A DNA stretch of 64,000 nucleotides. It comes from Rebecca billardiae RCC1528. Lineage: Eukaryota > Protista > Haptophyta. The DNA lies in contig OZ251229.1 of NCBI GenBank assembly GCA_965240325.2, positions 744,001-808,000 on the forward strand, written 5' to 3'. Under the pieces are notes generated by a model. The model saw only the letters and a program-made list of their open reading frames with translations, made no database searches and was not told the origin of the DNA. Within the stretch, counting starts at the first letter, position 1, and every line of letters starts with the position of its first letter. Below, piece by piece: positions 32,321 to 43,595 of the stretch. The translations under genes were made by a program, and so were the position numbers.

Positions 32321-34193
32321 ATGGCGAGCGCGACGGTGATGCCCATGGACGAAGCGGCGCGTGTCGCAGCGCAGCTCCACACGGTCAAGCACGAGCTCAA
32401 GCCGTGGCAGCGCCGTCTCCTCACGATCATCGACCGATGGGGCGACTCGGCGCGCGCGCTGTGGGAGACGGTCATCTGCGCGTCGATCATGCCCCTCCTC
32501 ATCTACGTGCCGATGAGCGCGGCGTTCGACGTGGACTCGTCGTCAGTCGCGCCCGAGGGCTACGTGGGGCTGTTCTTCTTCATCCACGCCATCAACGCCA
32601 TCGACCTCATCGTCTCGCTCTCGCTGCCCGCGCCCGACATCAACGCCAAGCCGCTACGGCCAGAGAAGCTGCCGACGGGGCTGACGTTCGAGGCGGTGGT
32701 GGGCGTCACGCTGTCCGAGCACATGCGCGCGTATTCCTCATCCTCCTCCGCCTTCCTCGACGTGCCCGGCGTGCTCGCCCCGCTCATCGCGGACGTGGTG
32801 ATCGCGTCGGGCTCGCGCGCGATGCCCGTGTACGCGACCAACCTGCTCAAGTTGCTCGTGCTGCTGCGCATGCGGCGGATGATGAGCGCGCACGAGCTGC
32901 TCACGAAGATCACGGAGTTCTGGGACCAGCAGGACTACTTCGCCAAGTTCTGCACCGTGATCATCGTGTACGTCTACTTCTCGCACCTAGCGGGCTGCGC
33001 GTGGATCGCGCTGTACAACCACTTTGACGACCCGCCGCCGCCCGGCCACTTCCTGCGCGCGTGCGTGGTGGGCGTCGAGCCGGGCGCGGCGGAGGACGGC
33101 GCCGGGCCGGTCGAGTCGTGCTACCTCCGCTCGTTCTACCTCTCCATCATGATCTTCACCCTCTTCGGCTTCCCGCCCGAGTTCTCGCCCGCCACGACCG
33201 CGGAGATGGTGTTCACGTGCTCGCTGCTCACCGTGGGTGCGATGCTCAACTCGACGATCTTCGGCACGATCGCGATGTACATCCGGCAGGCGAGCCGCGA
33301 CCGCGACCGGCGGCAGCACGTGCTCGACGACGTGAACGACTTCATCGCCGACCACGAGGGCAAGCTGCCGCCCGAGCTCAAGGCGGCGCTGCGGTACCAC
33401 ACGTACTTTCTGCACAAGCACAGGCACATGGCATCCAACGCGATGATTGAGCTGATGCCGCCGTCGGTGCAGCAGGACGTGGCGTACGCGCTGCACAGGC
33501 GGCAGCTGGAGGACGTGCCGCACTTCTCCTCGCTCCCGCCCATCTCGATCGCGCAGCTCGCGCGCAACCTGCAGACGCAGCACTTCATGCCCGGCGACAC
33601 GGTCGTGACGGAGGGCGAGACGCACCTCAACCCGTCGATGTACTTTGTCTACTTGGGGCGGCTGGCGACGATCAAGCACTTCTCGCGCACGTGGTCGAGG
33701 ACCAAGTCGATGCGCACGAACGTGAGCGAGGCGGCGACCCACGCCGCGCGCACGCTCTCGCGCAACATCTCGCGCACCTCCAGCCGGCCCGCCGACTCGC
33801 CGCCCGGCTCGTCGGCGCCGAGCCGAGTGAACTCGTCCGCCCTCGGCCTCCGCACAAACTCGCGGCGCGCGTACAGCTGCGCGGACGAGGTGGGGACGGA
33901 GGGCAGCGAGAGCGCGCCGGGGAGCATGCGGGGCAGCCGCGCGGCCAGCCGCGCCAGCAGCCGCCCCTCCTCGCCCGACGTGATGCGCGCCTCGCGCGGA
34001 GCTGGCGGCGGCGGCGGCGGCAACTTCGCTCGCACCTTCAGCAGCCCGGCCGCGGGGCCGGCGGCCGCGAGCGCCGGGGCGTGCGGCGGCGTGCGGCCGG
34101 CGAGCCCTGTGCGCGGCGCGCGCCCTGTGAGCCCTGTGCGCACTGCGCGCATCTCCAGCCCACGCGGCGGCTCTCGAGCCGCCCCGTGCGACG

Positions 34194-34224
<31 letters not shown>

Positions 34225-35099
34225 GCGGCGCGCGGGCGGCTTCCCCGTGTCCGCGCGAGCGTCCGAGGCCGCGAGGCCGCTGCCCGGGGAGTCGCCGAGC
34301 GCGGCCGCGCGCCGCGCGTGGCTCAAGTCGGCGCACGCGGTGAAGGCGGTGCGCTGGATGGCTGAGCGGCGCAGCAGTGCGATGACGGAGGTGGGCACGG
34401 ACCTGGGGCTCGATGACCCGCCGCCGCGCCCGCCGCGCGCCGCGCACCCAGCGGAGCGCGCCGAGCGCGCGGAGGGCGAGCGCGCGCGCGTGGCCGCGCC
34501 CGGCTCGCCCGCGGGCGGGGGTCGCGCGGGCAGCGCGCTCAAGTCGAGCCCGATGCTCACGGCGCAGAAGCTACGGCTCAAGGCGGGGCGGCGCGCTCGG
34601 CAGGCGCGCGGCGACGCGTCGCACCACCACGACGCCGACGGCTCCGCCACGCCGCCCCGGCGGCGCGGCTCGCGGCTCGCCGGCCAGACACACAACGACG
34701 TGCGCTCGTCCTCAACCAACATCCTGAGCATTCTCAAGGAGGGTGACCACTTCGGCGAGATCTCGCTGCTGCTCGAGGTGCCGCGCACAGCGACGGTGCA
34801 GGCGATCCTGCGCACCATCCTGCTCACGCTCACGCGCGAGCACCTCCTCTTCGTGCTGCGCGAGATGCCCGAGGTTCTGCGCGGGCTGGTCGACAGCGCT
34901 CGCGACCGGCTGCATCGCTCCAAGGAGACGCGCGCGCTGCGCAAGAGCTACTCGCGCTTCGGCGGGCTGGGGATGATGGGCGCGCGGGAGGCGCGGCCGT
35001 CGGGCGGCTCGGTGACGCCGCCGTTCGGCCGCCTCTCGCGCGGCGTCTCGCGCGAAGACATCGGGATCGCAGCGGCCGCGCTCGCGGGCGCGATGGCGA

Positions 35100-35137
<38 letters not shown>

Positions 35138-35818
35138 TCGGAGCCAACGGGCGTGACGTCGCAGGAGCTGCGGTACAGCTTGGCCGGGGCCGCGGCCGCG
35201 CTGGGCACGAGCAGCGGGCAGCTGCCGACCATGCACGCCGAGGACACGCCGCCCGAGACGCCCGAGGAGGACGCGCACGCCAACGTCCTCGCCTCCGAGC
35301 TGCAGCGCATCCGCGACGCGTACGACGACGCGACAGTCGGCACGCCGCCGATGCGGCCGGGCGCGCGCCAGTTTCTCCTCGACGGCCTCCCGCCGCTCGG
35401 CGCGCGCCCCGGCGCGGAGCTGAGCGGGCGGCCGCCGCCCGCCGCGCTGACGCGAGCCCAAACGAGCGGGCTCTTCGCCGAGCGCTACCGCGGGCTCTCG
35501 ACCGTCGGCTCCGAGGCGAGCATCGAGGCGCCGCCCGCCGCTGCGCCGAGCGGCGGCGCGCGAGCCGCGGAGGCGGAGCCGGCGCGTCGCGAGGTGCCGA
35601 GGCCCGGCGACGGGCTCAGCGCGCAAGAGGCCGCCGACGCGGCGACGGCGGCCGCGGCGGCGGCAGCGCAGCAGCCGCGCACCCACGAGCACAACATGAC
35701 GATGATGATGGAGGGCGTGATGAGCCAGCTACGCCGGATGCACCTCGAGCTCGCTGAGGTGCGCGGGGAGGTGGCCGGGGTGCGCAATTCGCAGCGCCGA
35801 CAGTCGATCCACAACTGA
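32321..35818 (+). CDS. 6TM cation channel of the CNBD (KCNH/CNG/HCN) superfamily
   Basis: S1-S6 with S4 LLKLLVLLRMRRM, S5 SHLAGCAW, pore SFYLSIMIFTLFGFPPEFSPATTAE and a C-linker. CNBD halves FMPGDTVVTEGE..SMYFVYLG and GDHFGEISLL..PRTATVQA. Confidence 0.9.
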
Positions 35819-36019
35819 CGACGACTGCGGGTCACGTCTTGGGCCAGGCCAGCGCTCAGGGCGCTGATTCGGCTGGTTTGCTTTCGAATACATGCAGTAC
35901 TCGTGTGCTGCATATATGCTACCAGCGCGCGCTGTGTACTCGTTTACTACACGAGCTACAGCGACCGGCCATGCCGGCCCGGACCAGGGAGTAGTGCCTA
36001 GTGGCCCGGGGTTATGTCA

Positions 36020-36645
36020 GAGCGCTCGTTGGAACTTGAGCGGGGGTGGAACTTGACACCGCATTTCCCAGCGAAGTGCCCCATCTCGGCGGGGCTGGCA
36101 CGGTCGGCACACGCTCCTGAGCGCTCGCTTCGCGGTGCGGCAGGCCTTGGGCAGCCCAGACAGACATGCCGCGACCGAATTACCGGGCCATGCGGCAATG
36201 GGCATGCGCGCACCACACCCGCGCTACATGGCCTGCGCGCTGGACGACTGAGTCTGAGAGGCAACGCCGAAACACTGCATTCCACTGCCCCGCATGCACC
36301 CCGAGTCACCTTCAGAGGGCGTCGACGAGCGCAGAGCGGGTGCGTGGGAGTTCGACCAACTCGTGTACCTTCTTGCAAGCACCAGCGGCGAGGTCGCAAG
36401 CCGAACCTTGACCAGCCGTGGAACTTGAGCTGGTCGGCAGCAAAACCACCGTTTATAACCCGGATCAAGTTAGCAGCGTGCGAGGAGGAGGCGCGGTGCG
36501 CGTCCGCGGCTGGCGAGAGGCGTCCGGACCGTGCCGTTCTCGGCCGCGCCCGCGCGCTTCCCGCCGCCGCAGGCCCCGTGTACGCCCGTCGTCGCCCTCG
36601 CCGCGCGGGCGCCAAACCGGCGTCAAGTTATTCCAACGAGCGCTC
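36020..36645. mobile_element. MITE-like element with 15-bp TIRs
   Basis: GAGCGCTCGTTGGAA (36020-36034) and TTCCAACGAGCGCTC (36631-36645); the AACTTGA motif is repeated internally. No clean TSD. Confidence 0.6.
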
Positions 36646-36735
36646 CATACGACTTACAAGTTACTAATACTACGGGGAGTCCGGGGGCAGGCATCAGCAG
36701 ATCGAATCCGATGATGATGAATATATATGATGTGT

Positions 36736-36738
<3 letters not shown>

Positions 36739-36776
<38 letters not shown>
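36739..36776. repeat. (AT)n microsatellite
   Basis: Direct reading. Confidence 0.95.
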
Positions 36777-36779
<3 letters not shown>

Positions 36780-36921
36780 GCTGACGACGATACGACGACA
36801 TCAATAATTCATCGGACAAATACGCGGTCGATCGTCGCGACGTCATGTACGGCGCCCCGTGATGCCGATCAGCCCGATCACGGTCACGGATTATACTCAG
36901 ATCAGCGCCCGACGGCGACGA

Positions 36922-38754
36922 TCACGCGCGCCAACGCGTCATGCCAAGCGCGTGCAGCAGGTGCTGATGGAGCTCGGCCAGCAGACGGTCCGTGCCCATG
37001 CGCTGCGCCCCGGGCGAGCGCACGCGCAGCCCCCGCGCTCGCGCCGCCTCGGCCGCCGCGCACCGCGGCGCCACCCCGCCCTCGTCGTAGTAGTGGCCGT
37101 ACGTCTTGTCGCGCGCGGGCGCCGTGCTGAAGAGGCCGACGCCGTACACGTCTACGCGCTCGCACAGCCCGAGGGCGAGGTGCAGCGCGCTGCCGCCCGT
37201 GCCGCGCAGGGCAAAGTCAAGCGAGTGGCGCGCCGTGCGCTGCGGTCGCTGCCATGCCAGCCGCACGCCAGCAGCGCGCGCGGCTCGCAGCGCGGCGGGC
37301 GAGTAGTCGCCGCGCGAGGGCGGCTCGCAGCACGGGTGCAGCGTGGTCGAGGTGGAGCGCCGCTCCCACCAGTACGCGGGCAGCACGCACAGCCGCTCCG
37401 CGCGCAGCGCCGCCGCGTGCCGTGGCCACTCAGGGCGCCCTGGCGGTAGGCAGCTCAAGCGCACGTCAGTGCGAGCGCCACCCAGCGCAGCCGGCGCAGC
37501 CGCGACCGCGCCACTGACGCCGCCGCCGTCCCGTGCGTCCGCCGCGGCCGCGTGCAGCTGCGCGCTGTTCGAGCGCAGCACCAGCTCGTGCGCGTCAATC
37601 TCGGCGCCGAGATCGATCGCACGGCCGGACTGGTCGCGGCCGCGGGCGCAGCGCAGCGAGTGGCCACTGCCGACCACGGCGCAGCTGCGGGCCGCGAACG
37701 GCGGTGGGGTGTGCGAGAGGCCCGATGCGTCCGGCTCGGCGGCGCGGAGCAGGGCGCGCACCTCGGCCAAAGCGGCGGGGCCGCGGCGCGAGCCAAAATG
37801 CTGACGCAGCAGCATGTCAAGCGTCACCGCCTCCGCCTGCTCGCCTTCTGCAGCCGCCGTCGGCGCTGCCCGCGCGGGCGTGTCGCCGACCTGCGCATTG
37901 TGCGGGCCCGGTAGATCTGACGAGGCTCGCCAGAGTGGCGAGGTGGTGCGCACGGCGCGCCACCACCGACCGAGTGCGAGCAGGTCAAAGCCAAAGCAAC
38001 CCGCCCGGTGCCGCGCGCCGAGGCCGGCGGCGGAGAGGTTGGCGGCAGCACCGCCGCCCACTGAGGCCGCCCGGCGCACGCCGGCGGGCTGCATCCGCCC
38101 GCGGCGCAGCGGAGGCGTGCGCATGGTCGGCACGTGGGCGCTGGCTGAGTCTGAGACCAGATCCAGCCGGCGGCGCCGACGCGCGTCTGGTTCAGCCGCG
38201 TGCACGCCCGTCCTGCGGATCTGCATCCCCACGGCGAAGTCGGCACTGCCGTGCGGCTCGCAGACGGAGGCCAGCATGGCGGCATCGGGGAGGCAGACGG
38301 TTACATCCGAGAGCGACGGGGAGACGTGTACGGCGCACGGTGCTGACGCGTCGCACAGCACACCGCGCGCGTGCAGGTCGCGCGTCAGGCGCGCGGACAG
38401 CGTGCTGGCCAGAGCCCGGCGCCTGAGCAGCTCGGCGGTGCGCCCGCCCGAGAGCGGAGGCGAAGCCACGCCGGTCGCGCTGGCCGGCGGCAGTACGGCA
38501 AGCAGCAGTGCATCGATCAGACGCGGCCGCGTCCCCCACTCCGAGTCCGGCAGCTGGCGCGTGTGCCGACACACCGCCCTCCATCCCATCAGCTTGCGCG
38601 GTGGACCTAGGCTGCCGGGCGGCAGCGGCGTTGCAGACACGTTACCTGCAGTACGCAGCAGCGCATCGCGCGACCGCCCCGTCGGCGCAGCGCAGGGGTG
38701 CGCGAGCATCAGCAGCATCAGCAGGTTGAAGACGAGGGGGCAATGCGCCGCCAT
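36922..38754 (-). CDS. Glycosyltransferase family 29 (sialyltransferase-like)
   Basis: Signal/anchor; L-motif RSCAVVGSG..LGAEIDAHELVLRSN..GARTD; S-motif GTGGSALHLALGLCERVDVYG; motif III HYYD. Confidence 0.85.
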   Translation of the reverse strand: MAAHCPLVFNLLMLLMLAHPCAAPTGRSRDALLRTAGNVSATPLPPGSLGPPRKLMGWRAVCRHTRQLPDSEWGTRPRLIDALLLAVLPPASATGVASPPLSGGRTAELLRRRALASTLSARLTRDLHARGVLCDASAPCAVHVSPSLSDVTVCLPDAAMLASVCEPHGSADFAVGMQIRRTGVHAAEPDARRRRRLDLVSDSASAHVPTMRTPPLRRGRMQPAGVRRAASVGGGAAANLSAAGLGARHRAGCFGFDLLALGRWWRAVRTTSPLWRASSDLPGPHNAQVGDTPARAAPTAAAEGEQAEAVTLDMLLRQHFGSRRGPAALAEVRALLRAAEPDASGLSHTPPPFAARSCAVVGSGHSLRCARGRDQSGRAIDLGAEIDAHELVLRSNSAQLHAAAADARDGGGVSGAVAAAPAALGGARTDVRLSCLPPGRPEWPRHAAALRAERLCVLPAYWWERRSTSTTLHPCCEPPSRGDYSPAALRAARAAGVRLAWQRPQRTARHSLDFALRGTGGSALHLALGLCERVDVYGVGLFSTAPARDKTYGHYYDEGGVAPRCAAAEAARARGLRVRSPGAQRMGTDRLLAELHQHLLHALGMTRWRA

Positions 38755-39037
38755 CGTTCTGATGCTGGGATTTCATACGTATGTCGTACAATCATCATGA
38801 CAGTTTACCCACATTGGCACATACCGTAGTATCGGGGGTATAAGAATAAGAGACCGCACACCTGTGCTCAGGCAGGACTACGCACCCATGGTGCTAGCCT
38901 CACGTGTAGTCCCTGCTGATGGCTTGGAAATGTATGAGTCCCGCGTCCCGGATGTCGTCACCGTCACTACTCACTAGTCAGCGTCGGCGCCGGCATACCC
39001 ATGTCCTACACGGTGTTGCCAATGCCCGTCATCAAAG

Positions 39038-40003
39038 TCAAACACGCGTCATCGCTGCCTCCGATTCCGTCTCGGCGGCCACGCGCCGCAGCTCGAGGAC
39101 CACTGGCCCCAGCTGGGGGTGGGCGCATTGCGCCTCGACGGCGCGCGTGTGTGCGGCTAGCACCGCGGAGATGTGAGCGTCGGGCACGCCGCCCGCCGCG
39201 CTGAGGCACAGCCGCAGCTGCTGCGCGAGCTCGTCTGCGTACACGGCGCGCATGACCGACCTGTTGAGGGGCGTCTGTCGCAGGAAGGCCGCGATGCCGT
39301 GCGCCGAGCCGTCGTGGTACGGCCCCGCCACGAGGTGGCGCGTCGTCAGATTGCATGCCTCGGCGCTGTTCACCCCGTCCGCGTCGATCCACACGGTGAA
39401 GCAGAAGCGCTCCGCGTGCGCGGGCTCGACGTGGTGCAGGAGCAGGTCGGAGCGGAAGATGACGGCGCGGTTGAAGCGCGGGGCGACGCACGTGCGCTGC
39501 GAGGCGAAGGGAGCGAGAACGATCTCGCCCCCGTCGCCCTCCGTCCACCCGGCGTTCAAGTAGACGACGAGCGTCAGCACGCGCTTGCTGGGTGGGCCGG
39601 GATTGTCGTGGTGCATCGGAAACATCGCCCCCTGCCCCGCATTTCGCTGGAGCTTCACGCTGACGCATCGATCGATGGGCTCGGGGTCGACGGTGTGCGG
39701 GAACGAGCCGACATCTGCGAGGCCGTCGCATAGGCCGCGCACCACGGGTGGCAGCTCTTCGCGCCAGAAGCGATGGAAGGACGGCGCGAGGTCAACGGAC
39801 TGCTTGTCGTGCAGATCGAGCTCAGAGATGCCCGGCTTGGGGAGCACGGCGCCGCCGAACTGCCACTTGTGCGGTCGGAAGTGCGGGCTAGCCGCGCGCA
39901 TCTCGTCGAGGAGCTCCCGCGCGCGAGCCGCGTCGAGGAACCCGTCCACTACCCCGAAGCCTTGCTCAGCCACAGAGGCCAGCACGTCGCGCGTGATCGC
40001 CAT
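39038..40003 (-). CDS. 2OG-Fe(II) oxygenase, EGLN/prolyl-4-hydroxylase-like
   Basis: HHDNPG..RVLTLVVYLN..W..DGGE..PRFNRAVIFRSD..HHVEP..ERFCFTVW gives HxD...H...R. Confidence 0.9.
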   Translation of the reverse strand: MAITRDVLASVAEQGFGVVDGFLDAARARELLDEMRAASPHFRPHKWQFGGAVLPKPGISELDLHDKQSVDLAPSFHRFWREELPPVVRGLCDGLADVGSFPHTVDPEPIDRCVSVKLQRNAGQGAMFPMHHDNPGPPSKRVLTLVVYLNAGWTEGDGGEIVLAPFASQRTCVAPRFNRAVIFRSDLLLHHVEPAHAERFCFTVWIDADGVNSAEACNLTTRHLVAGPYHDGSAHGIAAFLRQTPLNRSVMRAVYADELAQQLRLCLSAAGGVPDAHISAVLAAHTRAVEAQCAHPQLGPVVLELRRVAAETESEAAMTRV

Positions 40004-40112
40004 CGTGTGGAAGACTGCGCGTCCTCTTGATCAGCGGGCGGCAGCGGCCGGCTTTGCAGTTTGCACGAACGGTCAGCGAGCGAGCCACGCCGAGGGGTGG
40101 CGGGAGGGGGCG

Positions 40113-41753
40113 ATGCCGCGCTCGCCGGCCCCCATGCTCGAGCGATGCTCGCGGTGCGGCCTCGAGACCTACGGCACGGCCGTCGTGCACGCCGCTGGGC
40201 GCCGGCTGCACGAGCACTGCTTCTGCTGCGATCGCTGCGGCCGCCCGTTCGAGCGCGGCAACTTTGTGCCGATGGCGGGCGAGCTCGTGTGCGTCGACTG
40301 CCGGGACAAGCAGATCGGGCCGTGGTGCGCGGCGTGCGGCGGCTCGCTCGCGGCGAGCGAGCGTCTCGTTGCGATGGACACGCTGTGGCATCCCGAGTGC
40401 TTCCGCTGCGCCTCGTGCTCGACCGTGCTCGAGAATGGCTACCACGCACGCGAGGGCGCCGCGTATTGCGCGCGCTGCCACGAGGACAAGTTCGCGGAGC
40501 GGTGCGTGGCGTGCGGCGACGCCGTCATCGACGGCGACGGCATCATCGCCGAGGGCGAGCTCTGGCACTCCGGCTGCTTCGTGTGCTCCGCGTGCGCCAA
40601 GCGGCTGGTCGCGCACGAGCCGGGCCGCGGCTCTGAGGAGAAGCTCTTCCTCACGCCCACGCGCCCACAGCGCTCTGTGCTCGACGAGGACGCGGACGAG
40701 GACGAGGAGGACGGCGGCGGCGAGGGCGGCGCCGGTGGCGGCAGCGTCCGTGGGCACGAGCCGGCCGCTGTGCCTGCCCGGCGGGCTGGCTACGGCCGCT
40801 ATCTCGCCGTGAGTGGCCGCACGCCCGGCCGCACGCCGCTGTCTGGCAGCTCGTTGGGCGCGCTCGGCGGCGCGGACGACGCGGACGCCGACGACGTCGA
40901 GGGCACGTACTACGTGCTCGAGGGGCGGCCGTTCTGCCGCGAGCACTACCTGGACGCGCTCACGCCCGAGTGCACCGCGTGCGCCAAGCCCATCCGCGAA
41001 GATCGCGTCGCCGCGCTGGGCGGCGTGTACCACGGCCGCTGCTTTGCGTGCGTGCACTGCAAGATGCCGATCGGCGACGCGCGCTTCATCGAGCACGATG
41101 GGCGCGCGTACTGCGAGCCGGACTACTACGCGATCTTTGGCGGGCGCGCGGTGGCGGACGAGCGCCCGCCCCCGCTGGTGGAGCACGCGGTGATGGCGCG
41201 CGTGCGAGCCGACGCGACCGCCGCCTTCGCCAAGGCGCACGAGAGCCTCTGGGCGGAGGTGGCGCGCGAGCTCCGAGAAGACGGGCTGGTGGCGCCGCGC
41301 GCGCTCCTCTTCGACGACGGCACGGTGGTGCTGGCCTTCTCGCTGGAGGAGGGGCGGGACGCGCAGCGCAGTCTGCTCGCTGCCTTCGACAAGTCGCGCG
41401 GCGCGTGCGCGCAGTGGGACGCGGCGCTGCAGCAAGGCCTCGTCGCCAGCACGCACGGCCGATGGCTGCTGCAGACCAACGTGAGCCCGCGTGTGCTCGT
41501 GGAGCGCGAGAGCGCGCAGCTGGCAGAGGAGGTGGAGCTGCCCTCGCGCGAAGGCGAGCTGCAGCGCCAGGCCTTGCACGCCGCCGGGCGCGCTGGCGGC
41601 TCGAGCCTGCGCACCTCCGCCTCGGCGCCCCCGCGCGGCGGCCTCGTCCGGGGCACCGCGCAGCTCGTGCCGGGCAGTCCGGGCCGGCGGGGCCGCAGCC
41701 GCGCCACCGGCGCCACGGACAGGTTGCACGGAAAAATGACCGCCCGCGACTGA
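40113..41753 (+). CDS. Four-LIM-domain protein with a C-terminal L-rhamnose-mutarotase-like domain
   Basis: Four CxxC..HxxCxxCxxC..Cxx[CHD] units, with LIM3 interrupted; then ARVRADATAAFAKAHESLWAEVARELREDGL...ACAQWD. Confidence 0.85.
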   Translation: MPRSPAPMLERCSRCGLETYGTAVVHAAGRRLHEHCFCCDRCGRPFERGNFVPMAGELVCVDCRDKQIGPWCAACGGSLAASERLVAMDTLWHPECFRCASCSTVLENGYHAREGAAYCARCHEDKFAERCVACGDAVIDGDGIIAEGELWHSGCFVCSACAKRLVAHEPGRGSEEKLFLTPTRPQRSVLDEDADEDEEDGGGEGGAGGGSVRGHEPAAVPARRAGYGRYLAVSGRTPGRTPLSGSSLGALGGADDADADDVEGTYYVLEGRPFCREHYLDALTPECTACAKPIREDRVAALGGVYHGRCFACVHCKMPIGDARFIEHDGRAYCEPDYYAIFGGRAVADERPPPLVEHAVMARVRADATAAFAKAHESLWAEVARELREDGLVAPRALLFDDGTVVLAFSLEEGRDAQRSLLAAFDKSRGACAQWDAALQQGLVASTHGRWLLQTNVSPRVLVERESAQLAEEVELPSREGELQRQALHAAGRAGGSSLRTSASAPPRGGLVRGTAQLVPGSPGRRGRSRATGATDRLHGKMTARD

Positions 41754-42049
41754 CAGATGTTACATTCCCAGTGGACGCGACCTGTCCACCCGTCTTTCGG
41801 TACATGGCGCCGTCGCCGTGCGCCCGGAAGCGGCGCGCGCTCTCGCGCGCTGCACGATGCCCGCTGTTGCGGGTGCAGCGCGCCACTCCGCGCCTCGATC
41901 GGCCTCTTCCTGCTTGAGTAGCATGTACCGAAAGTCAACCACCCTTGAGCTCCAATCGCGACATCGCGCAGCCGCGCGGCACGTTCACGCGGCATCTGAG
42001 TCACAGAGGGCAGCAGAGCAGGCAGTCTCAGCCTGGAAGAGTCCCAGGC

Positions 42050-43420
42050 TCGGTGTGAAGAGACGTAGCAATGCAAGGTGGATACGTGCCGTGCACGTCG
42101 CAGTCTGGCCGCACACGACGTTCGCAGCCTACGACTCGCGCGTGCGTGCTTGCGCTCGGCCACGTCCATTCATCAGCCGTGCGTGTATTGGATGGAGCGC
42201 GCGCGCGACTGGTCTTGCACATCACGTTGCGCAGCAACAGTCGCGGGAAGAGACACGCGACACTCATAGTATGCGACAACCTTGCAATGTTCATCCAGCG
42301 CGTGTTGGTGAGGGTCGAAAAGCTGGCGGCGGCTACCTCTCAACCGCTCGGTTGCACTTGATGGTGCATGCGCGCCGGCCGGAGCGCTGAAGTGTCAGAG
42401 TCGTGGCATGCTCGAGGCTCTTGGATGAGGAGACGGCCGCTACGCAGTCTATCTATGTCGTCAGCATGAAGAACCGCATCCACGCACGACGCCTCGCGAA
42501 CGCACACCTGCTTCCGCGCTGTGACACGCATCGACAAGAACTGCTCAGCAGGCTGACGAGGCACCACGCCTCACTCACGCCCAAGAACAGCAGGGCGAGT
42601 GCTAAGGAGCGGGCGAAGGAAGCTGTCGCTCGCTGCGGCAAGGACGCTCTCACTGTATGAATGTCATTGAGCCCTACATAGCCTTCTTTGTCTCGCGTGA
42701 GCTCAGCATCAAGGGTGAGGCGCGAGGTGTTGCGCAGACGGTCGCACAGGCTCACGTACTACGTAGACAGCTCGATGGTGATGATCGAGAGCTTCTATCG
42801 AGTGTTATTCAGATGCAGAGCGCGTGCGTACACCGAGCAGGAGCTGACGACCTACATGGTATCTACGCCACGCGTGGATCTCCCCGCCGGCCCACAAGTC
42901 GCTGACGACTTATTGTCGAACTCGAATGCTCGCGCGCGGCATTGCGGGCGAAGGCTGCACTCGGGCGACGAGCTCGGTCCGATCATGACGGTTTGCCATA
43001 CTGCGCGTGGTGACGGGCGTTGGGCTCGAGACGGATGGCGCGGGCGGTGTGACGCAGATAGAGCCGGGCGTGTGCGCTCGCTCCGAGACGCGTCGAAGGG
43101 AGGACTGTCTCCAGCTGCCTGATGATCCTGGACGAGAGGGTGATGCTGCTGTGGCTGTTTGCCGTCTCACGCGACGTGTGATGGGATGATGACAGTCACT
43201 GCCGACGGCGAGGGAGTCCCGGCTGTGCTAGCTCAAGGGATGTAGCGCACGCGGACAAGTCCTGACGACACGCGCATTCAGCTAGTCATGATGCGGGGCT
43301 GCATCGACACGCGAGGCGCGCGCCACCCACGAGCGGCGAGTGGGCGGGCGCCATGCTTCAGAGGCGCCGTCTCTCAGAAATGTAAGGACAGTTTCCTGTG
43401 CAACCTGTCCACGGCGGCTG
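42050..43420 (+). pseudogene. Possible degraded DNA-transposase relic (Sola2-like)
   Basis: Fragmented frames. CHTARGDGRW/..TDGAGGVT across a frameshift resembles HGKGxxDGxGG; a Cys cluster RAPCF..KC..LC lies downstream. Confidence 0.3.
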
Positions 43421-43595
43421 CGGCGCCCACGGAAGCTTCAGCAGCGGCGAGCGCAGCGGCTGGGCGCGTCACGTCAGAGTAACTGGAGGAGGCCTGGCAG
43501 AGCTGGCTGTGCTCTGTCGAATACTGATGAGGTGCGGCAACGCGCCCCTCACCTGAGGCCTGCGCCGGTCTGTTTTGTGGCGGTGTCTTTGGACA

